11,117 nucleotides of DNA from an uncultured archaeon (GTDB lineage: Archaea > Asgardarchaeota > Thorarchaeia > Thorarchaeales > Thorarchaeaceae), in assembly GCA_964590575.1 (NCBI GenBank), contig CAZPWM010000104.1, forward strand, positions 1 through 11,117. Direction: 5' to 3'. The notes below the pieces were generated by a model. It saw nothing but the letters and a program-made list of their open reading frames with translations. It had not been told where the DNA came from and searched no databases. A program made the translations under genes and the position numbers. Below, one piece after another: positions 1 to 7,896 of this stretch. Position 1 is the stretch's first letter, and every line of letters starts with the position of its first letter.

Positions 1-160
1 CAACGAGGGAGGTTATTTTTGAAGAGACGTTCTATGTCGTTTCGGAGTCTAGGTCACTGATAAGTGGTAGACCATCCATGTTTGTTACAACAACCCCTCG
101 GACTCCTTCCTGTGACTTGATTTTGGAAAGAATCCCTTGGAGTTTTTCTTGGCTAATCAA
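1..160 (-). CDS. Roadblock/LC7 (MglB/LAMTOR2-like) domain protein, partial at window edge, with an in-frame TAG at 34-32
   Basis: From TTG at 160 (GAGG about 9 nt upstream) the frame reads MISQEKLQGILSKIKSQEGVRGVVVTNMDGLPLISDLDSETT*NVSSKITSLV. The helix followed by GVRGVVVTxxDGLPL is the typical roadblock N-terminus. The residues after the TAG resemble roadblock helix 2. The N-terminal extension to 313 in the ORF track is probably non-coding. Confidence 0.8.
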
Positions 161-593
161 CGTGCAGAATCCTCGCTGCTTCAACTGTGCACTACCAAAT
201 ACGCCGCAGTTGACTATTTTAGACTTGTGGAGATATGTTACCAGTCCACAGGGTTCATTTGCGCATTTGAAGAATATTTGGGGTTGTGTTACAGCTGTAA
301 TAGACTTAGACATGCATTAAATTCATGTTCTAGTAGAAGTGAAAATTGTATGTCTTTTTATTGTCCTGTCAGAACAATCCTCTGGCTCCCTCATTGGTTC
401 ACAAAGCCTACTGGGACGAGCTAAAGTCACCGTCAGTTTGCCGGAGACTCTAACTGTCTGTGGAGAGGATGTAAGACTTTGGAAATCATCAGGATTTATT
501 CAGAGCAAGCCTCTGAGAAGCAGAAACCGAACATCAATCAAGGACTCTAATGTTCAAGATTGTCTAGGTTTCGGGAAACGGTTGTGTTACATA

Positions 594-633
594 GAAAAAT
601 AGGTGAGGTCGTGCCTGTGAATAGAGCACGACC
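594..633 (-). terminator. Putative terminator hairpin plus oligo-T downstream of the Sec23/24-like gene
   Basis: Perfect 8-bp inverted repeat GGTCGTGC (607-614) / GCACGACC (626-633), 22 nt past the stop at 656. On the minus strand it is followed by TATTTTTCT. Confidence 0.55.
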
Positions 634-655
634 GTTTATTGTAATATCAAGAGAG

Positions 656-2272
656 CTATTCTTCTTCCTTTTCGTCAAAGAGTTTCTTTGAGCTTCTTTT
701 ACTCTGAGCAAGACTGCCAGTGAACGCCTCGTCTGCTGCTCCAGAAGGGGCCGCTGAAGGTGCTCGTTCTAGCATCTCTTCCTGACGAGTAATCTCCTCC
801 TCCTCGTTGTTCAGAACATTGTCAGTCTTGTCTAACATTGCTTGGACACTTGCAGGAGCGGCCCCAGCTTTTGTCTTCAGAGCCTTTCTGTAGGAAGCAA
901 TTCGCTTTCGTCCTTTTTCTCTGTCACCGCGGAAGGATTCCTCACCAGCTTTCTGCGTCACAAAGGTAGCACCCACCGTTGGGTCGAGAGTTTTCATCAG
1001 CTCGTCCTCATTTTTCGTAACATGAAGTTTGGTGGTGAGTGAACGGATTCTTCGAGCACCTGCTTCATCCGTGTAAGTTACTTGGACCTGTATTGGTACT
1101 TCAGACTCTTTGATTTCCGTTTCGGGTTCAATCTCGAAGTAAAGTTCATGATTCTCACCTACAGCTCCAATCTTACTCTCACTTGTCTTCTTTAGCTGGT
1201 CAACTACAGCTCGGGAAACTCCAGATGCGTCTTTGACCGTGACGCCAGGGGGTGTTATGAGGCGAACCTCTACATCCCTACCAAGAAGCGATGCTCCAGC
1301 CAGTTCAGCAAGACTTCGGTCAAGCTCATTTGGAGTGACATAGTACATCTGGCCACCTGTAGCCTCTGGCAAGAGACCCAAGGTCTGAAGTTCCATACCC
1401 GCACCAGATGCAATACCAACGACATCCACTGCAGTACCTAGCTCCATGAACATCTTTCCTAGGTCTTCGTAGTATGTGCTTGCAGGGGTCACTTGGTATC
1501 CTTCAAGCGCGCCAATTCCTTCGTTGGCTAACCCATCAGTCAGAAGAACCACTCTTCCAACATTACGATGCTTGGCAATAACATAGGCCATTCCTACTGC
1601 GGGACCCAGAGCGGTTCCACCTTGGTCACGAAGCGCCTGTACATGTTTCTTTAGCCGATCCGAATTCTTTCCTACACCCACTAATTTTACCGTATCAAGC
1701 AGTTTCTTTGTAGACTCCATGATATCCTTTAGGCTTGCAAAGGAGTCTCTCGGAAGTTCGATAGGATTTCCATTTTCTAGATTTCTGGCTATGACTGAGC
1801 TCTCAAACTCTATCAGACCGAACATTGTGTCTGGCGCATTTGCCGCAAGACTGTCAATGGATGTGTTCAGACTTCGTTTGACTGCAGCTAGGTTTGCACC
1901 AGCCATTGATCCTGATACATCAATAAGTCCAAGGAATGAACGTCCGCCTACGGATACTGTATCAGTAGTTGTATCTGGGGGTGGTTTAATAGTGAAATCA
2001 GTGTCATCACCTGCTACAAAAATCTCACCTTCTATCACGTTAAGAGTCCCGCAGAACGGGCATACAAAATGCTTACCGACCTTTGAATCCTCTTGGATTT
2101 GGTCCAAACTAAGAAGGAAACCATTACACTTGTGGCATGCTATGGGCTTTCCTACAATCTTGGTTGTCTCATGCGCTAGATGACCAAATTCTACACGCAA
2201 GACATATGGAATGTCGCTCAGTACCTTCCTCGAAGCAGGAAAGGATTCTGAGCTAGTTCTCAACATAGGCAT
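656..2272 (-). CDS. Sec23/Sec24-like protein (zinc finger + vWA trunk + beta-sandwich + helical C-terminus)
   Basis: PIACHKC...FVCPFCGTLN (C46/C49/C71/C74) matches the Sec23/24 Zn-finger pattern. The vWA domain has DVSGS, GGTALG and LLTDG. QVQVTYTDEAGARRIRSLT matches the Sec23/24 beta-sandwich strand motif (Q..x.Y....G.RR.R..T). AGGAG RBS at 2288-2284. Confidence 0.85.
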   Translation of the reverse strand: MPMLRTSSESFPASRKVLSDIPYVLRVEFGHLAHETTKIVGKPIACHKCNGFLLSLDQIQEDSKVGKHFVCPFCGTLNVIEGEIFVAGDDTDFTIKPPPDTTTDTVSVGGRSFLGLIDVSGSMAGANLAAVKRSLNTSIDSLAANAPDTMFGLIEFESSVIARNLENGNPIELPRDSFASLKDIMESTKKLLDTVKLVGVGKNSDRLKKHVQALRDQGGTALGPAVGMAYVIAKHRNVGRVVLLTDGLANEGIGALEGYQVTPASTYYEDLGKMFMELGTAVDVVGIASGAGMELQTLGLLPEATGGQMYYVTPNELDRSLAELAGASLLGRDVEVRLITPPGVTVKDASGVSRAVVDQLKKTSESKIGAVGENHELYFEIEPETEIKESEVPIQVQVTYTDEAGARRIRSLTTKLHVTKNEDELMKTLDPTVGATFVTQKAGEESFRGDREKGRKRIASYRKALKTKAGAAPASVQAMLDKTDNVLNNEEEEITRQEEMLERAPSAAPSGAADEAFTGSLAQSKRSSKKLFDEKEEE

Positions 2273-2404
2273 CTATTATTCGACTCCTAAAATATATGGG
2301 CGGACTTTTGCATGAGTGGTTTTAAGTGCTATCACGATACCTGAATAAGTGTGAATCTCCAAAAAAAGAGAATAACACACATAGACGTAACATATTTACA
2401 CACC

Positions 2405-2448
2405 TATTTATTGAACTACAGTGTAGACAATTCAGACCTCTTAGGAGG
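2405..2448 (+). promoter_or_regulatory. Putative TATA-like box and Shine-Dalgarno for the roadblock gene
   Basis: TATTTATT at 2405-2412 and AGGAGG at 2443-2448, 11 nt before ATG 2460. Confidence 0.45.
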
Positions 2449-2459
2449 AAAACTCACAG

Positions 2460-2825
2460 ATGGTGGACCAAGCAAAGATTGAACAAGTCGTACAAGAAAC
2501 GATGGCTGCTAATGCAGATTTGGAAGGCATTGTCATATGCGATGCTAAGGGAAAAGTACTATTCGGGCATACAATCAGTGGAGGAACAAAACACTCTGAT
2601 ATCGCGGAGCTTGCCGTGAAGATAGCAACCAATTCTTCCCAGCTTGCCGCTGGTCTGGACAAGGGAGGTCTGAAGGAAGTCAGTATTGCATCGGACCACG
2701 GGTTTATTGTCATCCTTGGCGACGTGAAAATTGTGTTGGCAGGAATTGCAGGCGAAGGCGCACGTGAATCATTAGGACTTCTGAGGATGGCTCTACGAAG
2801 AGCACTCTTGCGGATAGTTGCGTAG
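2460..2825 (+). CDS. Roadblock/LC7 (MglB/LAMTOR-like) domain protein
   Basis: 121 aa. Contains LEGIVICDAKGKVL, GGLKEVSIASDHGFIVI and the C-terminal helix LGLLRMALRRA typical of roadblock/MglB. Strong RBS. Confidence 0.85.
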   Translation: MVDQAKIEQVVQETMAANADLEGIVICDAKGKVLFGHTISGGTKHSDIAELAVKIATNSSQLAAGLDKGGLKEVSIASDHGFIVILGDVKIVLAGIAGEGARESLGLLRMALRRALLRIVA

Positions 2826-3021
2826 AGCGCGCGAAAAAAGGCAACAGAGTTAGACTTTTCAAGGATTGGAGGATGCCCTCTAAGCCTGAATACGTAATCC
2901 AGATGTAGCTGGAGTATTACTATGGTCATACCAACCGTATTTAGGACTCTGTAACATCGGAATAACACACTTGGTCACGCCAGGGTTGTTCTGACTGTAA
3001 CTTGCCGGAAGGGAACGGGAC

Positions 3022-6000
3022 TTGGTTCACATTGAGAAGCTGGTATGCAAGGGCTTCAAATCGTTCGGTCGAGATTCAGTCAGTATTAGGCTCAACCAAG
3101 GATTCACCTGCATCGTAGGACCAAATGGTTCAGGAAAGTCCAATGTGATTGATGCTATTCTTTTCGTTCTAGGACAACTCAGCGCTAAGACTCTTCGTGC
3201 TACTGTGTTTTCAGACTTGCTTTACTCGCCTCCAAAACCGAATATGCCTCCGAAAGCAAAGTCTGCTGTGGTAGAGCTCCATTTCAACAACAAAGACAGG
3301 AAGCTTCAGATTGATGCAGATCGTGTTGTGATTGAGAGAGAGCTGGATGATTCGGGAAAATCAGTATGTCGAATCAATGGAAAGGTAGTGACACGTTCTG
3401 CGGTGTTGGATGTATTAGGCGCCATTGGTGTTGACCCTAATGGATACAATCTTGTCCTTCAGGGGGAAATCGCTCAGATGGTCAAGGTCAGTCCTAGTGA
3501 GCGACGTAAATTGGTTGAAGAGATTGCAGGGATATCAGCATACGATGAGCAGAAGGACAAAGCTCTGAAGAAACTGGCTGAGAGCGAGAGCAACTTAGGT
3601 AAGGTCGACATGCAGCTTCAAGAACGTCGTCGGCATCTTGAGAAATTGGAGGGTGATATGTCGGATGCACGGAGGTATCAAAATCTCCACAAACAGATAC
3701 GAAAGCATAGGGTTGACATTCTTGCGTGGAGCATTATCAAGGGCAAATCGAGGATAGCAACTATCAACGAAACTCAGGCACAACGTGCTGAGGAAGCAGA
3801 GAGTCTTGTCAAAGAGTTCGTCGAGGTGGAAACCGGGATAAAAAGTACAGATGCCGAGATTGAGAAAATTGATTATGATATCGATCAAATCACTGGTGGA
3901 GACTCAACTAGGGTATCAGAGCAGTACGGTATCGTGTCTGCTGCAGTCACCCATGTAAAAGGAGATCTTGAACGGGCACAAGCGGAATTAGATGGAACCA
4001 GTAGTCAAAGAACTGCGCTACAAGAAGATCTTGAAACTACTCAAGATGAAATTAGCCATAATGAGCAAATTATGACTGATAAAAACAATGAACTCACATC
4101 GCTTGAAAAAGAGATAGCTGGAACAACTGCAGAAATTATTCGGCTTGAGGATATGTCAGAGAGAGCGCAGGTAGCGTACTATGAAACTACGTTGCGTCTA
4201 CAAGATTTGAATAACCAAATGAGACATCTAGATGAGGGTGTTTCCGAGGTTCGATCAACAATAAAATCTGACAATAGGGAACTTGGGCTAGCATACGAGG
4301 AACTCCGAGATGCAACCGAGAGTATAGAGAGAACTGAAACTGAGTTTTCACAGCTGAAGGAAACTATCCCTGAAAGGAAGATAGAGTTAGAAAAGTCTGA
4401 AGAACTTGAAAAGAAAGATCAGAGAGAGATTGATAGTTTAACTGAACAACTCTCTATTGTGGATGCAGAAGTAGCAGAGAGCGCGAAAATTGTGGCTCAG
4501 ACAAGGGAAGAACTCATCAAGGTTCAAGCTCGTCAAGAGGCTTTGAAGGAGGCAGAAGACACCTTTCTAAAGAGACGACGAGCAATAGCCACAGTTCTTG
4601 AACTCAGAGATGCAGGCGCTATAGGTGGGATTCATGGTACTGTAGCTGAGCTTGGAACTATAGATCCAGATTATGCTGTAGCACTAGAGATTGCAGGAGG
4701 CAATAGACTTTCACATATTGTTGTTGAGAATGAACAGGTAGCAACTGAATGTGTCAATGTTCTGAAGAATGAGAGAATTGGCAGAGCCTCATTTATTCCA
4801 CTCGATAAGATCAAAACACAACCTCCAGGAAAATTACCCAAAGATGACGGTGTCATCGATTTCGCACTGAATCTCGTCAAGTTCGACCCAAAAATGCGTC
4901 CAGCCTTTGAGTTTGTATTCTCTGATACTATCGTAACAGAAGATTTTGATACTGCCAAGAAACAAGGATTCCAAGGTCAAAGAGCTGTTTCACTAGATGG
5001 AGACCTCATAGAACGTTCTGGATTGATGACAGGAGGGTACTTCCAGAAAGCAGCTGTTGGTTTATCATTGCAAGTGGAAGATACCAGTCCAGAAATTACC
5101 AGGCGTCTTCAAGGTTTGGAAGAGATTCTGAATGACCTGCGTAGTAAACAAAATACACTTCGCAGCGAGAGAACAAGTCACGAAAAAGAAGTTCAAGACC
5201 TCTCAAAAACAAACTATAGACTCCGCATGGAACTCGAGAGATTTGAAGAGCGGTTTGAAGAATTGAAATCAAAATCAGAGCTGCTGCGAGAACGTATAGA
5301 TAAAGCCAACCTTACAATTAGCGAGCTCGAAGCTCAGGTTAAGGACCTCCAGGAGCGAGATGATGAACTTACTGTTCAACGTGAGCGAGTTAGAGCTCAA
5401 CGTGACGAAGCAAATGAAACATTGGTGACCTCGGATGCAAACAAGCTCAACCAAGAAATCAAAGATTTGAAGGAAGTGCAAGAGCAGTACCAGAGGCAGA
5501 GAGAGAAACTCCAGAGTGAAATAACCTCAGTAAGAGTGGCACTTGACGAGCGACTTGGACCAAAGGCAATTGAGATAGAATCCAAGATTCAGGCTCAAGA
5601 TGCAATAATTCCTGGTCTTGAAGAAGAGGTAAAACGATTACAGATGGGGCTCTCTGAGAGGGAGAAAGAGTTTGAAAAGCTCAAAGAGGAGCGAGAACGT
5701 ATTGACGATGCTGTCAAGGATAAACGGGTTCGCCAACTTGAACTAAAGGAAGACCTACGAAATCTAAGGTTAAGACACGAGGAGATTCGTGAAGCACAAA
5801 CATCCAATGAGAAAGCTGTATACAGGCTTCAAACTGAACAAAACAGGCTAGAAACTGATATTGTTGCTTTTGTTGCTGAACTGAACACTGTGGCTGTTGC
5901 TCAAGAAGCGCTTGAAGAAAGAGAGGAAGAACGTGAACTCACCTACAAGGAATTAGAAGAACTTGAAGAGAAAATTAAAGAGATTGAGCGAGAGCTCGAA

Positions 6001-6612
6001 GCTATGGGTCCAGTCAACCTGAAATCGCTTACTGATTATGACATGGAGAAAGAACGTTACGAGGAAATCGTTGACAAAAAGACTGGACTAGAAAACGAAC
6101 GACGAGAGATTCTCGCGTTCATGGAGGATCTTGAAGCTGAGAAGACGCAGAAATTCCTCACGGTCTATAACGAGATTGCAGACAACTTCTCTACTGTGTT
6201 TGCACAACTTTCACCAGATGGTGAGGCTAGTCTTATGCTTGAAAATCCCGAATATCCTTTGATGGGAGGGATAACGGTTCGATCAAAGCCACGAGGGAAA
6301 GAGCTAGTAACCCTTGATGCTATGAGTGGCGGAGAGAAGACTCTTACTGGACTTGCACTTATTTTTGCGATTCAGATGTACAGCCCGGCGAGTTTTTACA
6401 TTTTTGATGAGATAGATGCAGCGCTTGATAATGTCAACGCTCATAATGTGGCGCTCCTCATCTCAAAAATGTCGAAAAACTCACAATTTGTAGTTGTTTC
6501 GTTGAGAGACACCACAGTTCGAAAAGCTGATTTGTTGGTTGGGATTGCAAACCAAGATGGAATTTCAAGGATTGTTTCAGTTGATTTGGAGGAGGTAGCT
6601 GCATCAACATGA
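3022..6612 (+). CDS. smc: Chromosome segregation protein SMC
   Basis: 1196 aa, TTG start. Walker A GPNGSGKS, Q-loop LQG, long coiled coils, hinge (GIHGTVAELG, IGRASFIPL, GDLIERSGLMTGG), signature MSGGEK, Walker B/D-loop IFDEIDAALD, and archaeal-type VSLR at the H-loop. Confidence 0.98.
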   Translation: MVHIEKLVCKGFKSFGRDSVSIRLNQGFTCIVGPNGSGKSNVIDAILFVLGQLSAKTLRATVFSDLLYSPPKPNMPPKAKSAVVELHFNNKDRKLQIDADRVVIERELDDSGKSVCRINGKVVTRSAVLDVLGAIGVDPNGYNLVLQGEIAQMVKVSPSERRKLVEEIAGISAYDEQKDKALKKLAESESNLGKVDMQLQERRRHLEKLEGDMSDARRYQNLHKQIRKHRVDILAWSIIKGKSRIATINETQAQRAEEAESLVKEFVEVETGIKSTDAEIEKIDYDIDQITGGDSTRVSEQYGIVSAAVTHVKGDLERAQAELDGTSSQRTALQEDLETTQDEISHNEQIMTDKNNELTSLEKEIAGTTAEIIRLEDMSERAQVAYYETTLRLQDLNNQMRHLDEGVSEVRSTIKSDNRELGLAYEELRDATESIERTETEFSQLKETIPERKIELEKSEELEKKDQREIDSLTEQLSIVDAEVAESAKIVAQTREELIKVQARQEALKEAEDTFLKRRRAIATVLELRDAGAIGGIHGTVAELGTIDPDYAVALEIAGGNRLSHIVVENEQVATECVNVLKNERIGRASFIPLDKIKTQPPGKLPKDDGVIDFALNLVKFDPKMRPAFEFVFSDTIVTEDFDTAKKQGFQGQRAVSLDGDLIERSGLMTGGYFQKAAVGLSLQVEDTSPEITRRLQGLEEILNDLRSKQNTLRSERTSHEKEVQDLSKTNYRLRMELERFEERFEELKSKSELLRERIDKANLTISELEAQVKDLQERDDELTVQRERVRAQRDEANETLVTSDANKLNQEIKDLKEVQEQYQRQREKLQSEITSVRVALDERLGPKAIEIESKIQAQDAIIPGLEEEVKRLQMGLSEREKEFEKLKEERERIDDAVKDKRVRQLELKEDLRNLRLRHEEIREAQTSNEKAVYRLQTEQNRLETDIVAFVAELNTVAVAQEALEEREEERELTYKELEELEEKIKEIERELEAMGPVNLKSLTDYDMEKERYEEIVDKKTGLENERREILAFMEDLEAEKTQKFLTVYNEIADNFSTVFAQLSPDGEASLMLENPEYPLMGGITVRSKPRGKELVTLDAMSGGEKTLTGLALIFAIQMYSPASFYIFDEIDAALDNVNAHNVALLISKMSKNSQFVVVSLRDTTVRKADLLVGIANQDGISRIVSVDLEEVAAST

Positions 6613-7331
6613 TGGATGACGATTCTCCCTTCTGGGCAACTCCGCCATACATACTTCTTACTGATGTACTCCAGTTAGACAAAGTTGATCCATGGAATGT
6701 GGATGTTGGCAAGCTTGTAGGGAGTTTCCTTGATGAGATGAAGCGGCTGGGAAACATCGACTTTCGTATCTCAGGAAATGCTTTGTACTCAGCCTCAGTG
6801 ATTTTCATGAGAAAGACCAGAGAGCTCGTTGAACTGGGTCTTTTGCCGCCAGATGAAGATGAGGATGAAGTAGAACTTGTGATTCCACTCATCCGTCCAC
6901 CCTTCAGACTGACAAACCGACGCGTGACCCTAGAGGAACTACTTTTCGCGATGGACCATGTCCTCAGCAAAGGTGCCAGACAACACTCTACACCGACGAA
7001 GCGAAAATATAGCTCAAAGGCGGATCCGTTGACATTTCAGATGAATGTGGACCAAGCCAATATTGAGGAAACAATCGCTGATGTCTATGAGGACCTCCGT
7101 AGAATAATGGAAGTTGGTCAGGTGTCGAAGTTTGTTGACGTACTCATGAACAATACTAGACAAGAAATAGTGCGTGTTTTCTTCTCATTGCTTTTCCTTT
7201 TTGCACGAGATTACATTGACATTTGGATGGATGATGAAAGTGTTATCTGGATAAAACTTCAGGAACCGCACAAGGTCACAGATGAGGATGTACTTCCTGA
7301 AGAGGAGATACAACCGGATATCAAGACCTAA
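6609..7331 (+). CDS. scpA: Segregation and condensation protein A (kleisin)
   Basis: ATGA overlap with the smc stop. N-terminal DPWNVDV, archaeal ScpA motif RRVTLEELL, and a C-terminal winged-helix-like region (RQEIVRVFFSLLFL...IDIW). Confidence 0.93.
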   Translation: MMDDDSPFWATPPYILLTDVLQLDKVDPWNVDVGKLVGSFLDEMKRLGNIDFRISGNALYSASVIFMRKTRELVELGLLPPDEDEDEVELVIPLIRPPFRLTNRRVTLEELLFAMDHVLSKGARQHSTPTKRKYSSKADPLTFQMNVDQANIEETIADVYEDLRRIMEVGQVSKFVDVLMNNTRQEIVRVFFSLLFLFARDYIDIWMDDESVIWIKLQEPHKVTDEDVLPEEEIQPDIKT

Positions 7332-7341
7332 GGTGATAGTG

Positions 7342-7896
7342 TTGGATGAGGATATGATTACGCTAGAAGCAGCCCTTTACGTTTCAGGCAGAGCACTGAC
7401 CTTGGATGAGCTAGCAGACATCATTGGAAAATCTCAATCAACAGCACAAAAGATACTTGATGACTTGAGCTTTGAATACAACAAAAGAGAAGGGGCTTTG
7501 GAGGTGGTGGCACTACCTAAGGACCGCTATGTGATGCAACTTAAACCCGAGCTCACTCCGCGGGTTGGAAAGTTGATACCTGGGGGGCTCTTGTCCTTTG
7601 CTACTCTCCAAACATTGGTTTTTGTCGCTCTTAAACAGCCCATCATTCAATCAGAGCTCGTTGCGCAACGTGGGACACATTGCTACGATCATATCAAAGA
7701 CCTCATTGACAAGAAGTTCATTGATGCAGTTCCAGAAGGTCGTTCGAAGTTGTTGACGACAACCCAGCTCTTCGCAGATTACTTTGGTCTGGATTATGAT
7801 CGTGTGAAACTCAAGGCTCAGCTCAAGTTCAAGATGAAAAGGATACTTGAAGACCAACGTGAAGTGGAAGAAGCCGCAGGGATGGTTCCCGACTAG
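7342..7896 (+). CDS. scpB: Segregation and condensation protein B (kite)
   Basis: LEAALYVSGRALTLDELA, LSFATLQTLVFVALKQPI..SEL...RG, and GRSKLLTTTQLFADYFGL are ScpB motifs. Start is re-called at TTG 7342 because AGGTGA (7331-7336) overlaps the scpA stop. The ORF-track start at 7282 lies inside scpA. Confidence 0.93.
   Translation: MDEDMITLEAALYVSGRALTLDELADIIGKSQSTAQKILDDLSFEYNKREGALEVVALPKDRYVMQLKPELTPRVGKLIPGGLLSFATLQTLVFVALKQPIIQSELVAQRGTHCYDHIKDLIDKKFIDAVPEGRSKLLTTTQLFADYFGLDYDRVKLKAQLKFKMKRILEDQREVEEAAGMVPD

Noticed and set aside
78-602. Plus-strand ORFs 78-320, 137-424 and 339-602
   Set aside because: They overlap one another, two oppose the roadblock gene, and none has a clear RBS or domain signal. 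339-602 cannot be fully excluded.
1719-2968. Antisense ORFs 1719-2183 (+), 2326-2619 (+) and 2441-2968 (-)
   Set aside because: These are shadows or overlaps of well-supported genes with no recognisable motifs.
2979-2997. GCCAG..TTGTTCTGAC shared with the minus strand near 368-386
   Set aside because: A 10-bp exact match is expected by chance, and the positions relative to start codons differ greatly.
3022-7896. Interpretation as a Wadjet/MksBEF or Rad50/SbcC system
   Set aside because: It has a canonical SMC hinge with ScpA/ScpB motifs, no zinc hook, and no JetD/Mre11 nuclease nearby.
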